The position numbers and the translations under genes were made by a program. A DNA stretch of 64,000 nucleotides, from NCBI GenBank assembly GCA_002633005.1, contig NMRA01000125.1, forward strand, positions 35,241 to 99,240. Reading direction: 5' to 3'. Shown here piece after piece: positions 22,953 through 36,419 of the stretch; within the stretch, counting starts at the first letter, position 1; the number at the start of each line of letters is the position of its first letter. This DNA is from Phoronis australis. Taxonomy: Eukaryota > Animalia > Phoronida. The notes under the pieces are model-generated. The model was not told the DNA's origin. It saw only the letters and a program-made list of their open reading frames with translations, and did not search any database.

Positions 22953-25900
22953 GTGAATCATTCTCTTGTTTAAAACTGAGTCACATGGCTTTCCGGATGA
23001 CTAAAATCTGTTCACGCGCTGTCGCCTTGCATCGTGTGTTATATTTTCACTTACCGCTCATTCAACAATAAAATCAGTGTTGATTAGTTACTAGTATATC
23101 TAAAATTGTTATAAACCCCAAAGCTCATTGCGTAAAAGAAATCAAAATAAGCTTAAGGGACAGTTAAACACAAGGAAATAGGCTTTTAAATTTTTAAATG
23201 CAAAACAATTTGAAACATTGGAATTCTCACCAGAGCCCACAAAACTCGTGGAAAAAGATGGTTTTTGTTGTCGTCTAGCCATGCTAGTTAGAAGACATGC
23301 ATGCTGTACTGTTTCTGCTTCAAAGATGTCAACAAAATTGGCAGTGTCCTACCTTTACTTATTTTTGTTTCGAACGTAAAAGAAACAGCCTCTGTCCTAT
23401 TGCACAAAAATGCTTTGTTATGAGTTATAGAAATTTGTCACTTAAAGTACATAACAGCTTTCTGCTAAATGCCGTTTATGTGTGCCCCTTGACTCGATCA
23501 GTTCATGTCGGATGCAAATTACTTACACTCAACTGTCTCACTTGGTGGGACATTCAACGGGTTTCCGCACTCAAAATTCTTGCAATAACGACGAGTTTGC
23601 ATGGTAATTTCCAGTGGGCTTGTGAATTAAAAAGTAGCGTCACCAGAGCGCGGGGTCTACTCTTGTGTTCGAAGTCGAAAATTGTTTTGACATATTCCGT
23701 TCTGCCTTTGAGCAAACTCAAGATAAATGTCATTCTGTGTTCGAGCATGCTTTATGATTTACATGGATGACTGTCTAAGCCTAGTTCGCACTTGATCAAC
23801 CCAGCACTAAAACTGTAAGTTCGAGTCTGAACTCGAAATTTCGAGATCGATGAAAATATGGTTTTGGCGCCGTTATACAACTAACCATTTTTTCAAGACA
23901 CATACGTCAACCCTGGACCCGTAAAATGTTTGGTACACTTGTTTTGGTCAATGATGAGCACTTTTTTCTTGGCGCAAACATTGAAGTGCATTTGAACAAT
24001 GTTATATAGTGGAACTGCTGCCAGCAATGAATTATTATGCATTCATACACACCACAGTAAAGGCGAGGGATGCGTGTAGGAAGGTCTGTGTAGTAGCGGT
24101 GGAAACTTGTTTAGAAGCAAGCCACGTGGCACAGAAATGAAGCCACTGTCAAGGATGGGCAGTGGAAATCCCTTCGTCTGGAAAACTGAGTTCCATCATG
24201 CAAACACTAAAGCTTTTTCTTGTATTGCTTGTGGTAGGAACTCTTCTATAGATAGAAGAAAAAACAACCAAGAGATGCTGTGTTCACTAGGATTAAGTCT
24301 ACTCAGAGTGTTGTGTACGATGGGTACTTTCCTGAAAGAACACGTATGACACCAGCCAACGTGTCTCAGCACAGGAACATATCGTTTTCTTGTGGACGTG
24401 CTAAGACCTACAGACAACATGCTTACCTGCACATATATACAAGAAACAAACAGCGTATTAGTAAAATTTGAGAAATCAAGCAGTGATTGAGTCTTAAGAT
24501 TTTATTGTAGAATCTGTACTGTTGATACACAGTTACTGTATGCTAGTCTATATCCGAGGGTAAAAGTGTATGGCATGATAACATTTGACCTTTTGTTTCA
24601 AGTTTTTCATTTCCCGGTTATTTTTACTGCTTAGGTTCAACGCCCTCTAAATTACATGTGCCAAAGCTACCTTATTAGAACTGAACTGTTTTTACGAACC
24701 AGTTCCATAACGAAGTCTATTTAAACAGTTTCTTTAAGGAAGCTGGAATATTGTTTTTACCATTTTGGTTCGGTTTGGGTTGTTTGGAATTAAAACTAGA
24801 AAAGATTTCACCAGTTTTCAAAAAGTTTTGATTTTCCCACAAACCTGTTGATGTGATTTGCATGTGATGCCAGTCTTTCAGACTTTTCTGGGAACACCGA
24901 TTATAATTTTCCGGTATTATTGTTTGAGAATGTAAGAAAACACGGTTTTGGAGATTTTTGAACCCGGGTCAAAGATAATGATTCATTTCGTTGCATAACA
25001 TGAAAAAATTTCGATCAACTTGAAACTGAACCGTAGCATTTGCGAAACTTTAAAGATATTGTGTTCGTGGTTAGAGCTTCATGTACAGTCCAAATAATGT
25101 CACACGAAATTTTGTTATGTTTTTCAAACAATCGTTTTCCAAAATTAATGTTTAGACATTTTAGATCTTTTTGTAGAAGGACATTACAATGCTGTGCGGT
25201 AAATCCACCAGGTTCTCTGAATTCCTACCGTGTATCGTGTCAAGGCAGCTGCATGCCTTCGTTGTGCGAAAAATAACCCTTCCTCCCTCAGCCCCCCCCN
25301 TCTCTCTCACGCCTTGCAATATTCCTCACTGAACTGCGCTTTTAAATTGAAGGAGTAATCAGAACCAGTACTGTGAAATGAAACAGTTCAACTCATCTTT
25401 TTTATTTTGCTATTACATCTTTGCAATAACATTCGTCACTGATTTCCATCTGCAGAAACATTATTTTGCCGTTACCTGATACTTTGCAGTGGAACGATTC
25501 CTCGGTCGATCTTAGTTTGGGACCTCGTCTTCTCATTTTTTTCACCTAAAATCTGTACCTCAACACAATGGTAGGGAGTACCACCACGTCGTGAATCACG
25601 CTTCATAGTACTAACAGGGAAATCGTTTTCTGCAGCTAAAATGAAATATCAGTGTGGAAACATTTACTATTAACATATGATTTCTATAAATATAGTGTTG
25701 TTGGCGATTTTCAGGCAATATATGTTTCTATTTTGGTTTATAAAATACTATAACGCAATGATGATTCAACATGCGATACTTTCCTTGATGCAAAAAAGTA
25801 TCGAAAATTCAGAAATCCTGTTAACCAAGTCTTTGTGTTATATTTTCATACGTCTTCTCATCATAACTTCATGATTAATTTATTGATGCAATGCCAACTG

Positions 25901-27309
25901 TAACCATAATTTGCCAAAACGACGTCAATGTGGCTGATGCCAATTTCCGATCGCTTTCCGGTGCTCTCGAACGCGCTTCGCCGATGTGAGTGTTTGTGTA
26001 ATAAAAGGTCTATCACTCTTAAGAACTCGTTAAAATGTTCGCCAACAGCATTTTCCGTCACGTCTTGCTCACAGACCCCTTCTTGGGGGAACAAAAACTA
26101 AAAAAAAAATAAGTCACGTATCTTCACCTCATTTTCGGACAAAGAAGACGGCTTAAGACCACGAAAACTTGTTGAATTTTGATGAAATCCATTACATCTG
26201 ATGTTTCATAATTTTTCTTGAGCATAAAAGATTGCTATATTAATTATGTTAATGTTCTACGTGTTTCACGAAGCAGTTGATGGGTTAGTGGCCAGTTGCA
26301 CGTTTGCAAAGGTCGACTCCCAAGAGTAATCAAAATTTTCCCTGTTGACATAGGTTCATGGACTTTTTGAGTGCACCCCCAGTGAGGCCAGGCGCGTCTT
26401 TGCGACTGACTTTACTTCATTCAACCCTACCTGGCTAACAATTGTACCTTGCAGTGTTGCAGTCTCATAAAGTTATTTTGTCAGAGTTTGAAAATGACGT
26501 GTTCCACACGTAAAGGAATGTCCTCTTAAGGAATAACTAGAACGCGTGAGAAAGGAAATGCGGTTCGTGATGAAAGAACTGTGTATGCGAGAAAAGAACT
26601 CTGTTGATGAGAACACTCGAACGGTTTTTGACATTTAGTCACGCGATTCTTCTTATTTTAATGTCTCTAAATGTGAGCGCTTAATGGTCTCATTATTGGC
26701 AAATATTCCTTGCACGAAAGTGTTTTTCATTTTGGTCTCAGTCGAGGTAGAAGTCAAGACTATGAGATAAAACTGACAGTTTACTTAAGCGAGTATGCAT
26801 GAAACAGCGCGTTGCCAGGCAACGGATTGTTAACTAGGTGCCATATAAGACGGCGCTACTAGTCGTTTGTATCAGGTTTTCAAGTTATAATTTAACCGCT
26901 CTTTTCATACAACGACGATATGGTCACACGGCTATGGGTAAGTTGTTTGATCTTCTGTTGATGGGAACTAATACAGCGATGCCCGTCAACAGCTCTCAAT
27001 ATCACGTACCGAGGTTTTGGTGCTCGTTAAACTAGAATGTGAGCAGACGATAGGCACATACCTGGGTTGTTCATACTTCGTAATTATCAATTTGGAATTG
27101 TAGCATTTGGGCTGCTTCAGTATTGTCATCATCAGAGCAAGGTCTCGATAATCGTACACGTGGAAAACATAGCCAACTTGTAATATATATGGTTATGACA
27201 GATTCGAGTACTCACTTGTGTGTTCCCGGTAGGGGCACTGAGAAACGCTTTCGCGTGGTGTCATCATGTATGACATAGTAGATGTACCTGACTCTATGCA
27301 AAACATAGG

Positions 27310-28100
27310 CAACCTTCAAAATGACGAGTTTAAATAAAAATGAGTAGCACGATGTTGACATTTTAGGCCTAGCTGCAGTTTTCACGTGCTATCACTACCT
27401 CTTCGTAGTAGGGCTTTCATGGGAAAGGTTTAAATGAGATTTTTTTCGTAAAGCTGAGTAGTACGATAATATTGGCATTAGAAGACTTGGTAGAGTTTCC
27501 CGTGCTATTACTGCACGTTGGTAATAGCATGTCATGGACAAGCATTAATAACAAAATGTAATTCGTGTTACAAAGACGAGTAAGTCCAGGACTTAAGATG
27601 ATTATTCGCCCTGTAGTCGAATCGCGGTGCGGGAGACACCGATCTCGATATCGACATGTCCAGGGCCATTTCAAGTCGAATCTTTGAATATTCGCCGTTA
27701 TGTGTTTTACAAAGTTATGGTTTATTCATATCGTTTGAAGAGTATTGTTGAGGTGTTGATAAACAGCTCAACATCGTTCATTAGTTGGAATCTTGTCATA
27801 ATTAACAATTCCGTTGCTAAAATTGGTACGAGTGGTAAGTTAAATACTTCTATTTGAGGAAAATATGAAATGATTTGACAAACAAGAATTGAATCGAAAA
27901 TAATCGAATTCCTTCTCCTAAATTGAAACTAATTTAATCGAATCCTTAAAAATGTGTATCGCCCCAGCTAAGTATTCACAATGGATCAATCCTTGGGCAG
28001 CAACCTTCAAAATGGCAATTTTCTTTAATAAAAATGAGTAGCAAGACGATGACATATTAGGACTGGTTGCAGTTTTTAAGTTATTGCTATCGCCACGTCT
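27310..28100 (+). repeat. Diverged direct repeat of about 95 bp (27310-27402 and 28000-28100)
   Basis: Shared GCAACCTTCAAAATG..AATAAAAATGAGTAGCA..GACAT.TTAGG..TGCAGTTTT..TGCTATC. Confidence 0.6.
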
Positions 28101-28789
28101 TGGTTCAAATACTACAAATTGTTCATAAGAGAGAGTATCACGATCGTTTTGCTATTTGAAGACATGGTGCAGTTTTCTCAAGCTCTAGCTACTCGCAATG
28201 CTAATAGTACGTTATAAGCAAGGTTCAATGACAAGACTGTAATGTCTGTTAATAAAGATAGTAGACCGATGTTACCATTCAGAACCTGTTCCAGATACGT
28301 GTTAGTAATAGGACGTCTTAGCCAACATTCATCGATAAATGTAATTTTTGTTACTAAAGATGACTAGGAGGATGTTACCATCGATGATTTGTTGACCTTT
28401 CAGCGCATTGTTGTTATTAGGCAGCATTCGATTACTAAACTGTCAGTTTTTGCTGACAAAGATTAGTAGAATTACGCAATTTTAGCCCATCGGAGCTCTG
28501 ATTGTACACGATTTGTTTGTGTTTGAATTTTTTTTTTTTTAATTTGTCACAGAAGCATGACGTTTGAGAAGGATACCGAGCTTGATTCTGACACTATTTC
28601 TAAACAATTTACAATAGTTACGTTTTCAATGCATGTGCGTCGCCTCTGAATCACACTTGCACCAGCTTGTAACAACGTTAAAGCGATCATATATATCCAA
28701 TCTCTCTACGAATAAGCGTCTTCACATCCCCTGTTGTCGGCGAATGGTTGCTCTTGACTTTTTTCTTAGTCTTTCCAAATAGAAATAGC

Positions 28790-29200
28790 ATGCGGTAGGT
28801 CCACCGACAATCAACAATGAGCGGTATGTGGAAATAACGCAGGGAGATTTATCTCACCGCTGTACGGTATACAGGGGGGCGACTTATCACAAGAATACTT
28901 CCGTCATTTATGAACAGGACAGCGCATGTCATTTTACTCGAATCTTTCATTGGAATACCACCAAACCTATTTCCCTGGAGATAGGATTTTTTCACTTCGT
29001 GCGGACAATTCCTGGTCGTTACACTCATACTCTATTATCTGCTGACTATTTGCTTTGGACCTATCTAAAAGCGAGAGTTAAGAGCAAGAATCTGCAAACA
29101 ATAGAGACTATGAAGGCAAACATTCGTCAAGAAATTCGAAGGAGTCTGCAGGATTAATTACTGAAATGTGTTTAAAATAGTGCCATAATAGGAGATTTTC
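28790..29200 (+). mobile_element. Tc1/mariner-superfamily transposase remnant (DDxD type)
   Basis: TINNERYVEI...IYEQDSACHFTR...PGRYTHTLLSADYLLWTYLKARVKSKNLQTIETMKANIRQEIRR matches the QDGA..H / WPxxSPDLxPxDxxLWGYLK pattern. Confidence 0.7.
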
Positions 29201-29661
29201 AGTGTCAAACAAATGCTTCGTGTTTATGCGACACACTTTTCAAACATAAAGGATAGCGTTTAAAAAGAATTTGTAACATTTTAATTTAGCTTAAAATCCA
29301 ACTGGAGAATAACAAAAAATTGATCCAGGATTTTGGAAACATGACACGTTCAGGAAAGTTTCAGCGATGCATTGCCTTGAATCATATACATTGAACAATA
29401 GACCTCAAAGGTCTGATCACCTAACACTTACAGCGACAGATTGTTGTGAGTTCCGTAGACGCATGACACAAGCGAACTCACATAATCGCACGAGTAAAAG
29501 ACGGGTGCTCTGCGAGTATATTCGGGACCTTACTAGCGTACCCTAGTAAAATGGTGGCCATAGAGGCAAATTGTCGATAAAATTTAAATATTGAATTATG
29601 GGATATAATTTCCATTCCAAAGAAATTTGAAAATCAGCGCAACCACGTAGATTTTCATGTT

Positions 29662-29695
29662 AACGTTTCGCTTTAATCGCTAAACCATTATCAAG
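29662..29695 (-). ncRNA. Minimal hammerhead-ribozyme-like motif in the Penelope terminal repeat
   Basis: CTTGATAATG-GTTTAGCGATTAAAG-CGAAACGTT on the minus strand; second copy at 32342-32375 (+) has CGATAC instead of CGAAAC. The core deviates from canonical CUGANGA. Confidence 0.45.
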
Positions 29696-30636
29696 ACAAT
29701 AAACCAAACGAATGTACATTCAACAGTATCAAGCACTAAACTAATGAACAAATAACGAGTATACTCAAACACAGCAAACTACCATGGCAACAGTAGCTCT
29801 GCTAGTGTTTGAGTGACCCTTGACCCTGTCCTTGCTAACATATTTATGTGCCATGATGAGACCAAAGCACTGTCCACGTGTCCAGTTGAGCTCACTCCCG
29901 ATATTTATAGTATGTATTTAAATCTGAGGACCAGTCTCTTCCATTCTTTCATCATATGAATAGCATGCACCCCTTCATTCAGTTTACTAAAGAAGTTGAA
30001 CGAGATTCTAGTCCGCCTTTTCTTGATGTCCTGGTAAAACGCGAGAGTCTTTGTATGGTTACACCTATTTACTTAATCTACATTCTCTGGTTTATATTTG
30101 AAATTTTTCCCTGTGCAATATAAAAAGGTCTGATTAACAGCCTTATACACTGTGCTTGGAAAATTGGTTCCAATGACTTGGTTTTTGATAAGGGTCTGAG
30201 ACTGACTATCATTTTGAAGTGCTTAAAGGTATCCCACCGAATTTTTTGAGTAGTTGTTTGCCAATATGAACATAGTTAGTGATGCTCCTGAGTTTGGTCC
30301 TGAATTACGGAAACTTTATTTCTCTCTACTGTATGTTGCTGCTGGTGGTCTCCAGCTCAAGAGACAAATTATGCGACTGATTAGTCGTGTTAATCCTAGT
30401 GTTCAGCCTATCTTTGTATTCAAACCATTGTGCAAATTGTCCTCCCTACTACGTCATTTGAAATCACCCATTCCCTTGTTATTGAAGATTAGTGTAGTTT
30501 ATAGAATTAGTTGTAATGACACCAGTCGCTTGATACGATACTATAATCAAGAACGTAGAAAATAAATCTGAAACTAAATAAGGCGATCCAGATCCTCCCA
30601 AGGATACTACTGTTTCACGAAATGTAGAATATAAAT

Positions 30637-30900
30637 AGGTAAATAAAACAACAAGAATGGATCAACTGAAATTTTCGGATGCCGGATGTAATAACGTCAT
30701 TTGTCAACAGAAACAGAAATAAAGTGAAATCAAACACTATATGACAATTGACATTTAAGATATGATGTTTTGAATATGATATTTAAGATATGATGTAATG
30801 AATATAGTGTTTGATTTTACTTTATTTCTGTTTCTGTTGACAAATGACGTTATTACATCCGAAAATTTCAGTTGATCCATTCTTGTTGTTTTATTTACCT
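30637..30900. mobile_element. Foldback MITE with AT target duplication, nested in the Penelope-like element
   Basis: Near-perfect inverted arms of about 100 bp starting AGGTAAATAAAACAACAAGAATGGATCAACTG; AT immediately outside both ends. Confidence 0.8.
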
Positions 30901-31574
30901 ATTCATAATTAAGAGAAAGGTACACAACTGCTATCCAATGTGGTCGCCCACCAAGCACTTCCGGAATTACTCAAAGCATGTCAATCTTACCCTCTTGCAC
31001 AGCGCCACCTATACTGAAAAGTGGCCCTGTGGATATATGATGAACGACACACGGAAATTTGTGTGTGGGCATCAATGCGCATGCTTGGTCGGAAGTTTAT
31101 GGATCACCTCGACACCACTTCCACACGCCTTCTATGCACTGTACTTGTTTGGGCTTAGCTATGGGATCGGGGTTCGCTTGATTTTGTTTACATCGATTAC
31201 TGCCAGTTTTAATAAATTGGTCGTCATACTACGTAACAGTAAAATGAAAGGGGTTACCAGATTTCAACCAATGGGAATGACTGAATGTTATGATGTCGGT
31301 TTCATTACTTTAACCAATGAGAAGCCATGATAAACAACACCACAGTGCTACCTTTCGTAGCATTGTGAAAGAGTGTAAATTATGTAAATCTGGGACAGCA
31401 ACACGTTAAATAGTTACAATTGCTGACATCAAAATTCATAAATATACATGTCCTACATACCTCCAGATTTTCCTAATTAAATCGGAAACATTCACGGCAA
31501 AACGTCTCGGCCGACCTTCTCCATTTATGTCAACTAATGCGCATGTCGCAGAATGTGTTATTGTATTTTGGGAT

Positions 31575-31990
31575 CATTATGCGACAACATATTTATATGT
31601 GGTCGCATATTGCCGCCATCTCTGTCTGTCCGGGCGTCCGGGCGTCCGTCGTCCGGCGTCCGCAGCTGTATCTCCTAAACCCCTCACAGGATCGTGATGA
31701 GATTTGGCAATTATTTTCTATGAAGCTGACGAGGGATGACGACGAATTTCGGACCTCTCGGATTACTGGTGTGCCCCCTAGTGGCAATTTTAGTTTTTTA
31801 CGCTTACCTATGTATCTTCAGAAGTCTTCAACGTATTTTCATGAAATTTAGAATATAGGCATCTATTGGTGAGATGAAAGTATCCTCTCGTTTTCGGATG
31901 GATTCGACGTAGTTTGCGCCTCCTAGTGGCCATTTTTACTGTTTTCGAATATGTTTTTGGCGTCCACCCCTCTATCAACCAAACCGCTCT
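31575..31990 (+). mobile_element. HINE-like (Helentron-associated) repeat
   Basis: 5' hairpin TATGCGAC..GTCGCATA, GTCC/GTCT microsatellite, then GCTGTATCTCCTAA core shared with 1260-1625 (-) and about 39100-39550 (+). Confidence 0.6.
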
Positions 31991-32485
31991 AACGATGATT
32001 ATGAAAAGCGATGGCAGGGGGCTAAGGGGTCTCACGCAGAGAAGATTAGGTGATAGATTAGCAGAACATAATATCTCTGAGAGTAACAGTGTTTTCAGTC
32101 ACTGTCAGTCTCACCAGCATGTTGCCAATTCAGTAGACATTATCACTGGCGAGCAGAACATATATTTAGCTCGATTTAAATTAAAGAGTCTGTCCATTCA
32201 GTGAAAAAAGCTCTCATTCATTCAATCAGCAGCAGAGCTCTGTTGCCTTGAATATATGGTAGTGTGCTGTGTTTGAGTATACTCGTTGTTTCTTCAGTTA
32301 GTTTAGTGCTTGACACTGTTGAGTGCACAATTGTTTATTGTCTTGATAATGGTTTGGCGATTAAAGCGATACGTTGAACATGAAAATCTACGTAGTTACG
32401 CTGATATTTAAATTACTTTCTATGATTTGGCCAAAATTTCCATTCCGTGAACGAATGTTTCTCGCCGCACGTGCTTCGTGAGTGT

Positions 32486-35292
32486 AATGGAGAATCTTGA
32501 CCAAGCACCATGAGCTACATTCGGTTGCGGCTGACGTCACATGGACGGTATTAGCCTCAGGTCATGAACCAGAAAGTGTAAGTCCACACAAATTCGCCAC
32601 TCATCAAGCTGATGAGTGGCAAATTTGCGTCGAAAATAAATCTTTGTGTCCCACGTTGAATCAACTGTTTTGTAATAATTATTTATTACTATATACAAGA
32701 ATTAAAGTCCTTCTCTCAAACTGCCCATGTGGTTCCAGTATCCGAAAATACTTACTACATAAAATCTTATTTTCGACACCCTTTCTTCAATATTCTTTTC
32801 GCCTTTCTTGCCAAAAGCGATTTTTGAACAGTATTTGACCCTTCTCTCTGAGCGTATGATTACCGGTTGTCATCGGTTATTTCCGTACCCACATTTCCGG
32901 CTCATCAGTTCAGAAACTTGTCCTGAACGCCGCCATTTTTTCCTTGTAACTGAATGTGCTATCGCTTGCTCGAAAAGTCTTCATTGTTTTGTTTTATTAG
33001 TAATATCTCGTGATTCGTTTGCATATGTACTGTATATATAGTTTGTAGTTAGTGGTCGTTGATTTTTTGGAATATTACGCGTACTTAGTGTGTTAAAGTA
33101 GCATTGGTGTTTAGTTCCTTACGTAGGCCGGTGGAACCTAGGAACCAATATGAGTCGAATTTTTTTCGGTTTTATTTTTTTTCTCGTTTTGAAAAAGTAC
33201 TTTGCTATCATCGGAAAGGTAGTGCATTCTACTCAGTAAAAATCGAAAAAGGTATCAAAATCGGGGCAAGCAGTGGAAAGTTATTGCAAGTTTTGTGGCG
33301 AAATTTGGGTCACTTTGCTTGGATCGCGTCGGCCATATTGGAGGACAGCGGGATATGTTACGAGTTTAAAACTTTGTGTAAATTGTTTTCGCCTACAAAT
33401 TACGGTGGAATTTAGTTAGACATGTCTTTACTTACTATTCTGCACGATTTAACAGTGTTCACCAAATTTCAGCCTCGCAGTTGTTACTCATTAATTGATA
33501 AATGTGCTCACAACACCCGTTGAACTTCGTCTCATTTCTGGCGGCACCGACAACAAGGCGACTTTTGCTGAACTAAAAGGCATGTTCAGTCGGCTACTTT
33601 GTAATTTGTGAAGATTTAACGTTGATACATTTTGACAAACGTTGCTACAAAACGGAAACTTTGTTCCATTTTCGTGTTTTTGTGCAAAAATATAAGATGT
33701 ACTAACCAGCCCTTAATTTCATGCAAGTGTCTGAAACTACCCTTGAATATATGCAGCATTTATGATTTGACCATTTTACTTCGACAAAACAGCTTGCAAC
33801 CGCATGCGTTTACCGTTCGCCAGTGTCTGGTCTCGGTCGGCACCGGGTCCGATAGGCTGCGGTCCCGAGTCTGGCAAAATAATTTCTGTCAAAATTTATT
33901 ATTATTATTATTCAACAAATTCGATAAAATTGTCCGTATTTTGATTTTATTAAAATTAAGGCGCGCTGTCGATTATTTTATCCCCGTTTGCAGGCTGGTA
34001 ACAGGCACTCACACTGACGGCGTTTTCTTAGCCTGGGTTCCTGAATGAATTGTACTTCCGGGTTCGCGGCAAGTTCAAAATGGCGGTGGTTATTCGGGTG
34101 CGAATCGTGAGTGGCGCGTTCATTTAAACTTTTTTTCGAGTACGGATCGTGTAATAGTTATAGGGTAGGTACTTCTTGGATCCTTATAACATCCTCTAAC
34201 CATGTAATAAGGGTTAAAACAACACGTGAGAGAAGGACTTTAAGATGAAAGCGTTCAGGAAATCTACGCTGTTGAGGTTGCTCCGGCGGCCTAAATACGC
34301 CGGGGTAAAATATATATATGGTGACCAGGCGACATATAAGTCGATCAAATAAACCCATTTTTTCTCTTCAATCGTTTAGTTTTTCAGCGAACTCATTGGT
34401 CGGCACTTATCATAACGTTCACACGATAAACTTCGTGTAAGAATTATTTCACCATGCGGTAAATTCCAATTTCAACGACATAAGTCTTAGTTGGTGTTGC
34501 GGCAAACACGACTGAGTCAGTGTCTCCATTTGACACCAGGTGAATTAGGGTAATGAAAATTAATCCGTAATGTCAAAAAATGCATAAAGAGCTTTGACAA
34601 TTCACTTTTAGCTTTTACACAATTCCTCGTGGTGTGCGTTGAGATTAAACATTCTGTCGGCCCATTTTTCGGTGAGAAGTTAGTGCCTGTACCTAGCTGT
34701 GTTATTCAGCTTTTTTAGTTAGGCTGTGAAGTGAAATTCATATCCCAATTTGTAGCCTACAATGTTGGAAACCTTTGGGGAGCGTGCGGTGCCTCTTGAC
34801 TTTGCCACCACACCAGCTTTAACCGGGCCCACTAAATTCCGCCCGAGATTTTGGCAACTCACCAACCATAATTTCTAATTAGGTTGAAATCCAAACACCC
34901 ATATTTTATAAATAATTCGTGAATTATACATGATGTATATGTTAGGTTTTATTCTTTTTAGATATTTTCGGTCTTCAGTGATTCGTTAGCCAATAACGGT
35001 CCACCAGACATAACAGCAACTAATCGGGCTCTCCTAGAAGCGGCAGTAATATTTTATGTACTATCAACACTACTGTAAGGCAAAAGAGACTGGTTTCAAT
35101 ATATTAATAAGTATCTATTTAACGATCTGAACACAGGTACTAGCATGTATTATAAACATGTTGGTGTCCATGATTAATAACAGCTGACAGAATAAACAAA
35201 GAGGGAAGCTCTGAGCTCATCATGTTACAACAGCGGTGAGACGTCAGCAGCTGTAGCATGTAGGTCAAGGTGCTTGGTCAAGATTCTCCATT
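32486..35292. mobile_element. About 2.8-kb element bounded by inverted repeats, no intact ORF
   Basis: Perfect 24-bp inverted repeat AATGGAGAATCTTGACCAAGCACC, extending imperfectly to about 55 bp; true termini uncertain. Confidence 0.6.
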
Positions 35293-36419
35293 CTGCCTAC
35301 GGAACGCAGCCCTGGTCTTTTTCCTTCCGGAAATATAGAAAGTGTTCCAAAAATGTACTCACACTTCAGTACAACACCAAGAGTTTAAATTCAGTTCGCG
35401 CGTAGCAGAGTCTGCGCTTGGGTATATTGTATTTGATTACACCTTGCAGTGAAAGCAGGCGCATGAGCCGCCGCATAGGCTACTCTTTAGACACGGGAAT
35501 GGAAAACAATCGATTTGGTTTCGGACAATGAAAATTTATCGCCAATACTATTACAAAGTCAAAATCGTTAACTAAAGAAAGTTCAAAAACAATTACAAAG
35601 AAATTTACTTAATGTCATGCCGGATAATTGAATATCCTGGTTATTGTCATGAAATGTCGAACAACCGAATCATTTCCCTTTAATCCAATGCAAAACAATC
35701 CACATAATTTACGATTTATTGTCATGTTACCGGATATTGGCACTATAAAATCAACAAAATTGATTCTCATCCGCTTATTAGCATACGTAGCAGTGGCGGA
35801 TTTAGGGAGGCATGGTGCGTCCACCCCCCTAAAATTCTCCCATATTCCATTTTGCAGTTCGGGATGCGAATGTCTGACTGGCAATATCCTGACTAATACT
35901 CTGCCCTGTTCCTCCCCCCTCCTCAAAATCCTGGATCCTCCCCAGCGTACCTTTGCTTTTTCTATCTAAAAATCCACCTAACTCATCTTCAATTCCCATT
36001 TGCTTTATCGGAATTCGGTGCCGAGGTAAAAATCAGTCGTTTCCTGTATAGCTGTTTTTTTATCAGCTTATACGGTCGCCGCCAATTTGGAACCCGTTTA
36101 ATGGCATATGCCGCTTATTAGGACATGACATTAAGAGGGCTATTTTGTATTATAATCATATTCCCAAATTAATAAACACTGCATTTATTTTAGTTTAAAA
36201 CTTGTTAGTCCTTGTTTGTCCGCCTTTTTGCTAATTTTTACCAGTAATTTATCTCCCAAGTCAATAAACAGCGCAGTTATTGGCATATGAAATGTAAGCA
36301 CAATTTGGAACTCCCTGTATATACTTTAGCATTGTCTGTTTGTTGGTAAGTGACTCTGAGGTGAGGAATCTCAAGTTTCCTCATAGCCTAAATGACCTAA
36401 TGAATCAACTCAATAAAGT

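Larger units (their letters stand above)
29619..32420 (+). mobile_element. Penelope-like retroelement, 5' truncated, inverted terminal copy, interrupted by nested insertions
   Basis: RT remnants LDPVLANIFMCHDE and MNSMHPFIQFTKEVERDSSPPFLDVLVKR (29818-30045); GIY-YIG remnants VVYRISC (about 30500) and GLTQRRLGDRLAEH (about 32030); 29619-29816 is the reverse complement of 32218-32420. Confidence 0.85.

Noticed and set aside
23297-23770. 157-aa ORF and other 100-150 aa ORFs in the track (e.g. 30872-31330, 33632-34048, 59970-60332)
   Set aside because: No recognisable domain, composition typical of non-coding DNA, and several overlap repeats.
33097-33598. Kolobok-type element (TTAA|AGTAGC ... 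GCTACT)
   Set aside because: Only a 6-8 bp inverted match and the right flank is not TTAA; too weak to call.
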